Below, one piece after another: positions 34,195-42,792 of a stretch of DNA of 64,000 nt. This DNA is from an uncultured Gemmatimonadales bacterium (GTDB lineage Bacteria > ARS69), in NCBI GenBank assembly GCA_963725045.1, contig CAVRWY010000018.1, positions 93,580-157,579 on the forward strand, written 5' to 3'. How positions within the stretch are numbered: position 1 is the first letter of the stretch; each line of letters starts with the position of its first letter. A program made the translations under genes and the position numbers. The notes under the pieces are model-generated. The model was not told the origin of the DNA. It saw only the letters and a list, made by a program, of their open reading frames with translations, and made no database searches.

Positions 34195-35243
34195 TCGTCC
34201 AACTCGTCCTGCGAAGGGGGCCACGGTGGATCCCAGGCCACCGTTCCGCTCGCCGGGTCGTAGGTGAGAGCAACGCCCAACGGACGCGGCGGCGGCTCCC
34301 TCAGGATTCCCATGCGCGCCAAGACTTCGAGCGTGCCGGGATAGGCGCCGGTTCGCTCGCGCGCCGCCTCGACCCCGAGCGCAACGATCGCCGCCTGCTG
34401 CTTCATCTGACGATCGATCGACGTGGTGGCACGCACGCGCCCATTCTCCGGATCGATGAAGAAGCGCCCGCCGTACGGCTCGATCGGCGGAGCGTCCAGA
34501 AGTCCGGCTTCGACGACTTCTCTCCACTCCTTGGGGAAGTGCCCGCGCTTCACGCGAAACTCCGCGACGCGCTCGGTCAACCGGTCTTCGGCATCTTCCA
34601 TCGACAGATTGCGCAGCCCGCGCTCCGCCACGCGACGCATCATCTCGTTCGGCGGATCCATGAGGATCGCGCTCCACACTTCGCGCGACGCGGAGCGATC
34701 CCCGAGCCGCGCGAAAGAAAGCCCGGCCAGTCGTGCAGCGAGATCCGGAGCGCCTGGCAAGAGAGACGCCCGGCGGTATCCGCTCGCGGCCTTCATGAAG
34801 TCCTTCCCAATCGTCTGATGGATGAACGCTTGATCGAACGGGTATTCCCACGTGCGCGGGTTGTCGCGCTCGGCGCGCTCGAGAAGTGCGAGCGCACCAC
34901 CCGGGTTGCGCACATCTTGCGCGAGCACCAAGGCTCCGAAGCGCGTCGCGCCCTTGAACGCGGAGTCCAGGTCGTAGATCGTCTGGAAGAGCCGCTCGGC
35001 CTGCGGATAGTTTCGATCGGTCAAGCGATGCTCGCCGTAGTACTGGATCGCGCGCAGCCAGATGACGTCGGCGATCAAGTTCGAGTAGCCCAGTGCCGCC
35101 GCTTTCAAGACGCGGCTCTCGGGGAGATACATGAGCTCGTTCGGATTCTTCGAGGCCAGCTCCACACGCCGGCCTCGCTCCCCCACCACTTGGGCCGAGA
35201 ATCCGAGCACTCCGGCGGCGACGAGCGCAGCGAACGTTCGCAT
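34191..35243 (-). CDS. Pilus-associated TPR-like protein (PilG/XapA-like)
   Basis: LGYSNLIADVIWLRAIQYYG motif, helical TPR-like core; downstream of the ABC pair and upstream of pilD, as in Myxococcus pilGHI and Geobacter xapA-D. Confidence 0.7.
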   Translation of the reverse strand: MRTFAALVAAGVLGFSAQVVGERGRRVELASKNPNELMYLPESRVLKAAALGYSNLIADVIWLRAIQYYGEHRLTDRNYPQAERLFQTIYDLDSAFKGATRFGALVLAQDVRNPGGALALLERAERDNPRTWEYPFDQAFIHQTIGKDFMKAASGYRRASLLPGAPDLAARLAGLSFARLGDRSASREVWSAILMDPPNEMMRRVAERGLRNLSMEDAEDRLTERVAEFRVKRGHFPKEWREVVEAGLLDAPPIEPYGGRFFIDPENGRVRATTSIDRQMKQQAAIVALGVEAARERTGAYPGTLEVLARMGILREPPPRPLGVALTYDPASGTVAWDPPWPPSQDELDE

Positions 35244-35245
35244 CG

Positions 35246-36013
35246 TCACTGAAAGTCGCGTTTGGAGAAAACCGCGACGGTGATGAGGAGGATGGCCGCG
35301 GTGTCGAGGGCCGCGTAGACGACGCAGATCGCGACGTGCTCCGCCGGCACCGGTACCCCGGACAGCAGATTGTTGCGCACGTTGAACTGGTGGAACGCCG
35401 GGAGCAGCATGTAGCCGACCTTCGCCACCCCCTGAAACGCCGCATTGCCATTGGAGAGCGCGAGCGAGCGCAGATCGTCGGACAGGAATCCGAGCACGAC
35501 GGTCGCACAGGTAAAAACGGCCGAAAGAATCGGCGAGGCTACGGTCGCGAAGAAGAGCGCCACCGACGTCGCCAGCATGATCTCCAGAGCCGTCAGCAGG
35601 AGCGCCACGAAGTGATTGAAGCCGACGCCGTCGCCGAACACTTGCACCACGCCCAGGTAGAGGACGGAGAGCATCGCGAGACAGACGAGCAGCGTGCTGA
35701 GCAGCCCCAGGAATTTCCCGAGCACGAACTCGTGGCGGTGCACGGGATGGGTGAGGATCGTGTTGATCGTGCGGCGCTCGATTTCCTTGTACACGAGCCC
35801 GGTGCCGACCAGCATGAGGATCAGGAAGGAAAACACGCTGATGGCGGCGAGTCCGAGGTCGGCGATGATGCGCCCCTCTTCGCCGAGCGTGAGCGGAGCC
35901 AGCGTCACCGCCAGGGCGAGCACCATGGCACCGAACACCAGGCACGCGGCCAGCATTCGGTCGCGCACGGCCTCGCGAAAGGTATTCGAAGCCAGAGCCC
36001 AGGTGCGGCTCAT
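35246..36013 (-). CDS. ABC-2 type permease (PilI/XapC-like)
   Basis: NTFREAVRDR, KEIERRTINTILTHPVHRHEFVLGKF, six hydrophobic segments. Confidence 0.88.
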   Translation of the reverse strand: MSRTWALASNTFREAVRDRMLAACLVFGAMVLALAVTLAPLTLGEEGRIIADLGLAAISVFSFLILMLVGTGLVYKEIERRTINTILTHPVHRHEFVLGKFLGLLSTLLVCLAMLSVLYLGVVQVFGDGVGFNHFVALLLTALEIMLATSVALFFATVASPILSAVFTCATVVLGFLSDDLRSLALSNGNAAFQGVAKVGYMLLPAFHQFNVRNNLLSGVPVPAEHVAICVVYAALDTAAILLITVAVFSKRDFQ

Positions 36014-37038
36014 CGGGTCGCTTTCTCCAACTCGCGCTTGGCAGGCGGCGCGTCGGCGGTGCCGCTGCGCTCCGGACGGGACGTCGGTGTGGTCACGGTC
36101 GAGCCCGGAGTTCCGGCGCCCGCGATCTCCCGAACGAACACATCCTCGAGCGTCTCGCGATGCGGGTTGAATCCCACGAGGCGTCCGCCGCAATCCATGA
36201 TGCGCGCCGCGATCCGGTTCGCACTCTCGAGGTCGGGCGCAATGCCGTGCATCGTGCGGCCGGCAGTGCGCGCGATCACCAGTTGATCGGTGAGATCGGA
36301 GAGCATGACGCCGCCGGGCAGCTCGAACGACACCTCCACCGTTCCGCGCCCTCCGGTGACCACGTCGTCGAGACGGGCACAGCGGACCACGCGGCCATTG
36401 GCGAGAAGCGCGACGCGATCCGCCATCGTCTCGACGTCGGCGAGAAGGTGCGACGAGAAGAAGATCGTCACGCCTTCCGCCTTGAGGCTCAGCAGGAGAT
36501 CGCGAAACTCGCGCCGCCCGATCGGATCGAGGCCGGTCATGGGCTCGTCGAGAATCAGGAGCTTCGGGTGATGCAGAATCGCGGCGGCGACGCCGATGCG
36601 CTGCAGCATCCCGCGCGAGTAGTGGCGAAGGCGGCGATCCCACGCATCCGTCGCCAGGCGCACGCGGTCCAGCGTCGATTCGATGCGCCGCTCCAGCTCG
36701 GAACGGGGAATCGAATGGAGGCGCCCGGTGAAGCGAAGCAGCTCGCGTCCGGTGAGGTAGCTATAGAAGTACGGAAGGTCGGGAAGGAATCCGAGCGCGG
36801 CGCGCGCCTCGACCGATCCGAAGGGCTTCCCCAGCACGGTGCCGGACCCCGTCGTCGGGCGCACCAAGCCCAGGAGAATCTTGATCGTGGTGGTCTTTCC
36901 GGCGCCGTTGGGGCCGAGGAATCCGAGGATCTCGCCGTCCATCACCTCGAGATCGAGCTCGGTGAGCGCGACCTTCGGCCGGCAGAGAATCCCGGACCGA
37001 AACGTCTTGGCGATTCCTCGAGCTTGGATTGGCGGCAT
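36010..37038 (-). CDS. ABC transporter ATP-binding protein (PilH/XapB-like)
   Basis: GPNGAGKTT, YSRGMLQR, LILDEPMTGLDP, SSH; C-terminal TLEDVF. Confidence 0.92.
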   Translation of the reverse strand: MPPIQARGIAKTFRSGILCRPKVALTELDLEVMDGEILGFLGPNGAGKTTTIKILLGLVRPTTGSGTVLGKPFGSVEARAALGFLPDLPYFYSYLTGRELLRFTGRLHSIPRSELERRIESTLDRVRLATDAWDRRLRHYSRGMLQRIGVAAAILHHPKLLILDEPMTGLDPIGRREFRDLLLSLKAEGVTIFFSSHLLADVETMADRVALLANGRVVRCARLDDVVTGGRGTVEVSFELPGGVMLSDLTDQLVIARTAGRTMHGIAPDLESANRIAARIMDCGGRLVGFNPHRETLEDVFVREIAGAGTPGSTVTTPTSRPERSGTADAPPAKRELEKATR

Positions 37039-37276
37039 TGGTCAACCTTCGGGGATGGAACCCTTTCCAACGTCTCTATTCGACGTTTCGAGGAGATGGC
37101 TTGAGCCATAGCCCCTTCCCGCAATTCTCATCGACGCTCCCCGATTCTTCACTTGTACTGCTACGGTCGATCCCGTGAGTAGACTCTCCACGGGAAGCGG
37201 CAGTGAGTGACCCACGTTCGAGGACCGGCCCCGGGCGCGATTCCGCGGGCCTCCGCGACGTCCTCCAGGAGGAAGC

Positions 37277-38209
37277 GTGATCTCGGCGACCGGCATCCTG
37301 CGTTGGGCCGCCGATCATCCCGCAGAAGAGGCGGCGGCCCGGCTCCGCTCGATCCGACTCCTCGCGTTGTCGCATCTGCTCGCCGAGTTCGTCATCTCCA
37401 CCCTGCGGTGGTCGTCCCTGCGGATCTCGGCGCCCGGCATCCTCGCTGCGTGCGCGACGGTCGCCCTTGGGCTCTCGCTCTTCCGCCGGACCGAGCGCTT
37501 CGCGGCCCCGGCCGGAGCGCTGATCGTCGGCTTCGCGATTCTGCGGTGGTTCCCGAACATCGCGAACCACACGTTCCTGCTCTTTCTCGCGCTGCTCACG
37601 CTCTCGTTCTGGGATGCGCGCGTCGGGGCGGAACGGGAGCTCGCGCTCGCGACGCTGCGGTGGATCACTGCGCTCGTACTCTTCGCGACCGGGCTGCAGA
37701 AGCTCCTCCACGGGACCTACTTTCACGGCGAGTTCCTCGCTTTCAATATCGCGCACGGCGAGCGGTTCACGAGCCTCTTCGCGTGGGTGCTTCCGGCCGA
37801 CGAGCTGCAACGGCTGAAGGCGCTCGGCGTCGCGGCGGGCGGGCTCGCCCCGGCCGACGGGTTCCGCGCGTTCGAGACCCTGCCGCCCGCGCCGGGGTCC
37901 GGTCCGTACCGATTCGCCTCGCTCCCGGCGCTCGCGATGTCGAACCTGGTGTGGATCTTTGAGCTCTGCGCACCGGCATTCCTCCTCTGGCGGAGAACGC
38001 GCGGCGCCGCTGCGATTGCCGTGGTCGTGTTCCTCGCCGCCGTCGAATCGGGCGCGTACGAGATCATGTTTGGCGTGCTGTTCGTGAACCTCATGCTCCT
38101 GTTCGGACGGGCGAACTGGGTGGGAAGGCTCTTCCCGGCGTTCGCCGCGTTCTACGGATATCTGATTGGCGTTCACCTGGGGTGGTTCCCGAAGTGGCTC
38201 TTCAACTGA
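37277..38209 (+). CDS. HTTM-like (vitamin K-dependent carboxylase/SdpB-like) multi-pass membrane protein
   Basis: About 8 hydrophobic segments with ANHTFL, LFATGLQKL...YFHGE and FELCAPAFLLWRRTR, resembling HTTM motifs. Confidence 0.55.
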   Translation: MISATGILRWAADHPAEEAAARLRSIRLLALSHLLAEFVISTLRWSSLRISAPGILAACATVALGLSLFRRTERFAAPAGALIVGFAILRWFPNIANHTFLLFLALLTLSFWDARVGAERELALATLRWITALVLFATGLQKLLHGTYFHGEFLAFNIAHGERFTSLFAWVLPADELQRLKALGVAAGGLAPADGFRAFETLPPAPGSGPYRFASLPALAMSNLVWIFELCAPAFLLWRRTRGAAAIAVVVFLAAVESGAYEIMFGVLFVNLMLLFGRANWVGRLFPAFAAFYGYLIGVHLGWFPKWLFN

Positions 38210-38211
38210 GC

Positions 38212-38643
38212 GTGGCCGCGAAGGCGCGGATCGCGCTCGCGGGTCTCGCGGCGCTTCTGATCTGGCCGACCGTGCACTGGCGGCTCGTCGAGAGCCACGC
38301 GCTCGATCCATGGAAGTTCTTCGGGTTCGCGATGTACTGCCGCCCGTCGCTCCCTCCGTCGCTCGACGCGTGGATCCTCGTCGACGGGCGACGCATCGAG
38401 TACCCGCCGCGGGACTGGCCGGCGGGCGGAACTCTCTTCCTGCAGAGCTTTCTCCACGATCGCCAGATTCTCGGAACGTGGAGACCGCCCAATGCCGTCG
38501 CGGAGGCGATCTTCCGCATGCGACCCGACGCCGAGCAGATCCTCCTCGTCGTGAGGCACCCACGCATCGAGCGCGGCACGGGGCTCATCGAGGAGCGCGA
38601 GTTCCGGTATGGGTACGTGCGGGGCATCCGCACGAATCGTTGA
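38212..38643 (+). CDS. Small membrane-anchored partner of the HTTM protein (SdpA/DUF5819-like)
   Basis: N-terminal TM then DPWKFFGFAMYCRP; starts 2 bp after the HTTM stop. Family assignment is by analogy. Confidence 0.45.
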   Translation: MAAKARIALAGLAALLIWPTVHWRLVESHALDPWKFFGFAMYCRPSLPPSLDAWILVDGRRIEYPPRDWPAGGTLFLQSFLHDRQILGTWRPPNAVAEAIFRMRPDAEQILLVVRHPRIERGTGLIEEREFRYGYVRGIRTNR

Positions 38644-38648
38644 CGGGC

Positions 38649-39112
38649 TTACTGGTTCGTCAGCACGTACGTGATCATGCCGAACTCGTCTTCGCCCATG
38701 ATCTCGTAGCAGTCGATCGCGCCACCCGTATTGGACCAGGTGTTGAGCTGGATTCCGCCGGCGGGATCTGCCCCACCGTAGGGGGTGCCCTGTGCGACTC
38801 CCCAAGCCAGCGCGGTGGCTGCCTGGGTGAACGGATTCCTCGGGACGACAGCGGAAGGCAGGAGCTGGAGTCAGAATGAACCCGCCCTCGGCGGTCGTCG
38901 ATCGCGGCGTTCGCCGGATAGACCCCGTTGTTCCGAGTGGAGAAGTCCTCGGTGGCCACGTTGATCACATGCATGTTGTTCTTCACGCCCGCGGTGCGCG
39001 CGCGGTTGCCCATGCTGATGTAGTTCGGGATCGCGATCGCGGCCAGTATCCCGATGATGACCACCACGATCATGAGCTCGATGAGCGTGAAGCCGGTTTC
39101 CCTGCGCATCAT
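38649..39112 (-). CDS. pilA: Type IVa pilin paralogue 2 (frameshifts about 38850-38905)
   Basis: G/FTLIELMIVVVIIGILAAIAIPN; corrected C-terminus NPFTQ...GGIQLN...DCYEIMG...VLTNQ-stop; own GGGAG RBS. Confidence 0.88.
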
Positions 39113-39139
39113 GGTCTCCCCTGTCCCTGAGCGACGAAG

Positions 39140-39165
39140 GGAGGCGGAGCCGGAGCCCCGCCTCC
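39140..39165 (-). terminator. Stem-loop between the pilin genes (partial terminator or stabiliser)
   Basis: GGAGGCGG/CCGCCTCC 8-bp stem with only a weak U-tail. Confidence 0.45.
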
Positions 39166-39206
39166 TCCATTCGCGTCCGGCGATTCGCCGGATCGATCGT
39201 CGAGAC

Positions 39207-39687
39207 TTACTGGTTCGTCAGAACGAGCGAGAGCACGGCGCCCGCATCGTCCGTCTCCGACGATGTCGTACGCGTCGACGATACCGCCCGCGTTCGGCAC
39301 GAGGTTCAGGCTGATTCCGCCATTCACGTCGGTGAACGGAGGCAGACCGAGAGCGGCCTGGAAATCGAGGTTCGTCGGCAGGTTCGTGAACGGGTTGTTC
39401 GGCATCGTGCCCACCACGAGGGCCGTTCCACCCGGGAGTAGGTTCGCGAACACGAGAGCGCCGTCCGCCGTCACGGTCGTGCCGTCGACGGGGTACGCGC
39501 CGTTGTTCCGCGTCGCGAAGTCTTCGACCGTCACCTGCACCGTGTGCATGGACGACTTGACCTGCGCGACCTTGGCACGGTTCGTCATGCCCATGAAGTT
39601 CGGGATCGCAATCGCAGCCAAGATACCGATGATGACGACCACGATCATGAGCTCGATCAGCGTGAAGCCTTTATTCCCGCGAAGCAT
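39207..39687 (-). CDS. pilA: Major type IVa pilin (frameshift near 39255)
   Basis: MLRGNKG/FTLIELMIVVVIIGILAAIAIPNF; GGAGGA RBS; corrected end ...DDAGAVLSLVLTNQ-stop. Confidence 0.92.
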
Positions 39688-39751
39688 CTGAGTTCCTCCT
39701 GGAGTCGGTGGATTCACGGGATTGACGTCCCGTGCTGCGATTCCGGATCAC

Positions 39752-39766
39752 GCACGTCGCGTGCCA
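39752..39766 (-). promoter_or_regulatory. Sigma54 (-24/-12) promoter of pilA
   Basis: TGGCACG-CGAC-GTGC with correct GG-N10-GC spacing, 65 bp upstream of the pilA ATG; pilR/pilS adjacent. Confidence 0.7.
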
Positions 39767-40071
39767 GCGTCGTAGTTCGGCGCGTTCGCCCCTCGAACGT
39801 GCGATGCAACATCACGTTGCGCGTCCTCGCCGCTCGTGAGGCGTTGCGCCGTTGGACGCCACCGACGTTCCGGAATGCACGGAGCCCGTGCAGTCTGCAA
39901 TGCCGATCCCCGGCGGCGCGAACCAACGTTTCGTCATCGGCGGAAGAATGCAAATGCATGAGAGCGAAGAGTTGCGTGCTTTGACACACGCTTGACGATT
40001 TTGGCGCGACGAGCAGATTGGGCCGGCTTTCTCGCCAATCTGGGCGCGGCGAACAGATTGGGCCGGCGCCC

Positions 40072-40101
40072 TTGACGACCTGTTACCACTGGAGGTAACG
40101 T
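40072..40101 (+). promoter_or_regulatory. Sigma70-like promoter overlapped by a palindromic operator
   Basis: TTGACG-N18-TAACGT; palindrome GTTACC-N6-GGTAAC at 40082-40099 directly before the small gene pair. Confidence 0.5.
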
Positions 40102-40112
40102 CTTCTGGAAAG

Positions 40113-40297
40113 GTGCGGCGCGGGGGCTACGCTTGTGACTTGGAAGGGAGATCACGGACCACGGCACGTTCACGTCTACAAGGGTCGTCGGTTCGTCGTG
40201 AAGTGGGATCTCGAGAACGGGACGCGCCATGGAAGGTTCGGCCGACGAGCGCCTTCGGCGGATCATCGCGGACCTGGAAAGGGAGGGCAGGATTTGA
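40113..40297 (+). CDS. Small DUF4160/HicA-like putative toxin (frameshifted)
   Basis: Reconstructed VRRGGY..VTWKGDHGPRHVHVYKGRRFVVKWDLENG..MEGSADERLRRIIADLEREGRI-stop; needs two frame corrections. Confidence 0.6.
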
Positions 40298-40755
40298 AGA
40301 TCTCTCGAGGTCTCTGCAAATCCTCGCAAGAATGCGTTCGAGGTGCGGACCCGGAGTCAGTCCATGCTGTTTCCCTTTGCGGCGGTTCGGCCATCCGCGA
40401 CAAGCAAGGATCCGGTCGTGTCCGTGGCGGTCGATCCGGAGCTCGGCAACGAGGGATTCACGTATACCCTCCGATCCGGCGCAGAAGGGACCGTCCACAT
40501 CGATCACGTGCTCGAGTACAACCGCGACCCCGCGTACTTGTCGCGCCAGATGGTCTACGAGCTGACGTTGCTGGCCGAGAAGGCCGTGGCGGCGTCGCCC
40601 CTTTCCACACGAGAGCTGACCCGTCGGCTCAAGACCTCGGCGTCCCAGTTCTATCGCCTGCTCGATCCCACGAATTCCAAGAAGTCATTGGCCCAGGTCC
40701 TCGAGCTACTCGGAGTGCTCGACTGCGACATCGACCTCTCCGTCCGATATGGTGA
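40294..40755 (+). CDS. Putative antitoxin with C-terminal HTH (frameshifted; end uncertain)
   Basis: TTG overlaps the upstream TGA; reconstructed MKISRVSANPRKNAFEV...VHIDHVLEYNRDP...LSTRELTRRLKTSASQFYRLLD. Appears fused to the next gene in the ORF track. Confidence 0.55.
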   Translation: MKISRGLCKSSQECVRGADPESVHAVSLCGGSAIRDKQGSGRVRGGRSGARQRGIHVYPPIRRRRDRPHRSRARVQPRPRVLVAPDGLRADVAGREGRGGVAPFHTRADPSAQDLGVPVLSPARSHEFQEVIGPGPRATRSARLRHRPLRPIW

Positions 40756-40858
40756 GAGGTCCAACCGGCAGGAGAAGCGACTGGGATTCTCGGCGATGGC
40801 CGAACCGTCGAGCCAAGCCCCGGACGCGACGTTCAAGCCTTGCACACGGAGCCAAGTC

Positions 40859-41080
40859 ATGACCGACCCACGGCTCAACATCGATCGCCTGACTCCCGAA
40901 GAGCAGCTTCAGCTCATCGAAGATCTCTGGGAAAGCCTCGAAGCTTCCGGAGCGCCGCTTCCACTGTCGGCCGAACAGAGATCAGAACTCGATTCTCGGC
41001 TCGACGAGTTCGAACGAGACGGCCCTCGAGGAATTCCCTGGGACGAGGTCGTCGGTCGAATTCGCGGCGAGAAGGATTGA
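40859..41080 (+). CDS. Addiction-module component (TIGR02574-like antitoxin), orphan
   Basis: LTPEEQLQLIEDLWESL...LSAEQRSELDSRL...GIPWDEV is the typical pattern of this family. Confidence 0.8.
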   Translation: MTDPRLNIDRLTPEEQLQLIEDLWESLEASGAPLPLSAEQRSELDSRLDEFERDGPRGIPWDEVVGRIRGEKD

Positions 41081-41140
41081 GCCTCGAGTTCTAAGGGCCA
41101 TTGCGGAAGAGCGTCAGCGATACCGCAGGAGGAAGCGGGT

Positions 41141-41367
41141 GCTTCGGATTCCCAGTGTCTCGAGGCGAAGTGGCGTACCGGAGGCGCACCGGCGGTCGCC
41201 GCTCAGAGTCCCGGTACCTTTCGGCGAGCCTGCGTACCGCCAATGCAGATCTTGTTCATCACGAAGCGAAAAGCGCGAGCCGAAAGGCTCCGGGAATCTG
41301 GGCAAAAGGCGAGCCGCCGGCGCGCTGAGGAACGTATCTGAGACGAGAGATACTGGGAGTCCGAAGC
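41141..41367. repeat. Dispersed copy of the 211-bp palindromic element (opposite orientation to 21509-21719)
   Basis: Core 41149-41359 aligns end to end with the reverse complement of 21509-21719; 21-bp imperfect inverted ends GCTTCGGA(T/C)TCCCAGT(G/A)TCTC. Confidence 0.88.
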
Positions 41368-41374
41368 GACGACG

Positions 41375-42792
41375 CTACCCCTCGTCTTCATCTCCACCCA
41401 CATCCGCCATCTTCGGCTCGAGGCCGTAGCGCTGGATCTTGCGGTAGAGCGTGGAGGAATTGATCCCGAGGATCGTGGAGGCCTTCTTCTTCTGCCAGCC
41501 GGTCTCTTCGAGAACCTTGATCAGATAGTCGCGCTCGATGTCTTCCAGCGTTCCCGCGCGTCGCGCGCGTCCATCGTGCGCCCCGGCTCGCGCACCGGGC
41601 CCGCGGCGCCGCCCCGTGCGCGATGCGCTCGGGCAGCGACTGCAGCTGGATGCGATCCCCCTCTTCGAGAATCACCACGCGCTCGATCACGTTCTCCAGC
41701 TCGCGCACATTCCCGGGCCAGTCGTAGCGGCAGAGCGCGCCGAGCGCGTCCTCGTCGATCGGGACCACCGCGCGCTCCGCGCAGCGGCACGACTCCTTGA
41801 GGAAGTGTTCGACCAGCATGGGAATGTCTTCGCGGCGATCGCGCAGCGGCGGCAGCGTCACCGGAATCACGTTCAGCCGGTAGAAGAGATCCGCGCGGAA
41901 TCCGCCGCGCTCCACGGCGTTCTCCGAGGTCCACGTTCGTCGCGGCGATCACTCGCACGTCGACGGGAATCGGCTTCTCGCCCGCCGACCGGAATGATCT
42001 CGCGCTCCTGCAGCACGCGCAGGAGCTTCACCTGGATCGCGAGCGTCGTCTCCCCCACTTCGTCGAGGAGGAACGTGCCGCCCGGTCGCCACTTTGAAGA
42101 GCCCGTCCTTGTCGCGGATCGCGCCGGTGAAGCTTCCCCGCACGTGGCCGAAGAGCTCGGACTCGAGAAGATTCTCGGGAAGCGCGCCGCAGTTGATCGA
42201 GACGAACGGTCCTTCCGCGCGCCGCGAGGCCTGATGGATCTCGCGCGCGAAGAGCTCCTTGCCCGTGCCGCTCTCCCCGCACAGGAGCACGGTCGAGTCG
42301 GAGCGCGCCACCTTGCGCACGGTCTCGAAGACTTCCTGGATCCGTTCGCTCTTGCCGATGATGCGCCGCGTCCCTTGCGAGCGGCGCAGCTCGTATTTGC
42401 AGAGTCTTGTTCTCGTTGCGGAGCCGGCGCATTTCCAGCGCGCGTCGCACGACGAGCTTGATCTCTTCGTTCTTGGCCTGCTTGATGAAGTAGTGGAACG
42501 CACCCTGGTTCACCGCTTCGATCGCGGTGTCGAGCGCCGCGTAGGCGGTCATCACCACGACCGGCACGGTCGGATCGCTCGCGCGGATCGCGCGCAAGAG
42601 ATCGATGCCGCTCATCCCCGGCATCTTGATGTCGGTGAGCACGACGTCGAACGGATCCTTCTGGAACGCGGCCAGCGCTTCCGAGCCGTTCGCGACCGCG
42701 GTGACCTCGTAGCCCTCCTTCTTCAGGAGAATGCCGAGGAAGCGGCGGAGGCTTTCTTCGTCGTCGACGATGAGAACGTGCTCGTGCGCCAT
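41375..42792 (-). CDS. pilR: Sigma54 response regulator PilR (several frameshifts)
   Basis: MAHEHVLIVDDEE...LTDIKMPG; [42 protein letters not shown]; HTH ...LGINSSTLYRK, stop at 41375-41377. Confidence 0.88.

Noticed and set aside
38649-39687. Electrically conductive (Geobacter-type) e-pili
   Set aside because: The pilins are full length (about 150 aa). PilA1 has about 10 aromatic residues by my count, lacks Y27/Y32 equivalents and has long aromatic-free gaps; no multiheme cytochromes occur in the window.
38649-39687. Diversity-generating retroelement or silent-cassette variation between the pilins
   Set aside because: No reverse transcriptase, no adenine-specific template/variable repeat pair, and pilA2 has its own RBS and full leader.
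41149-41359. Hammerhead ribozyme in the 211-bp repeat
   Set aside because: CUGAGGA occurs, but it is not followed by stem II and GAAA in the required order.
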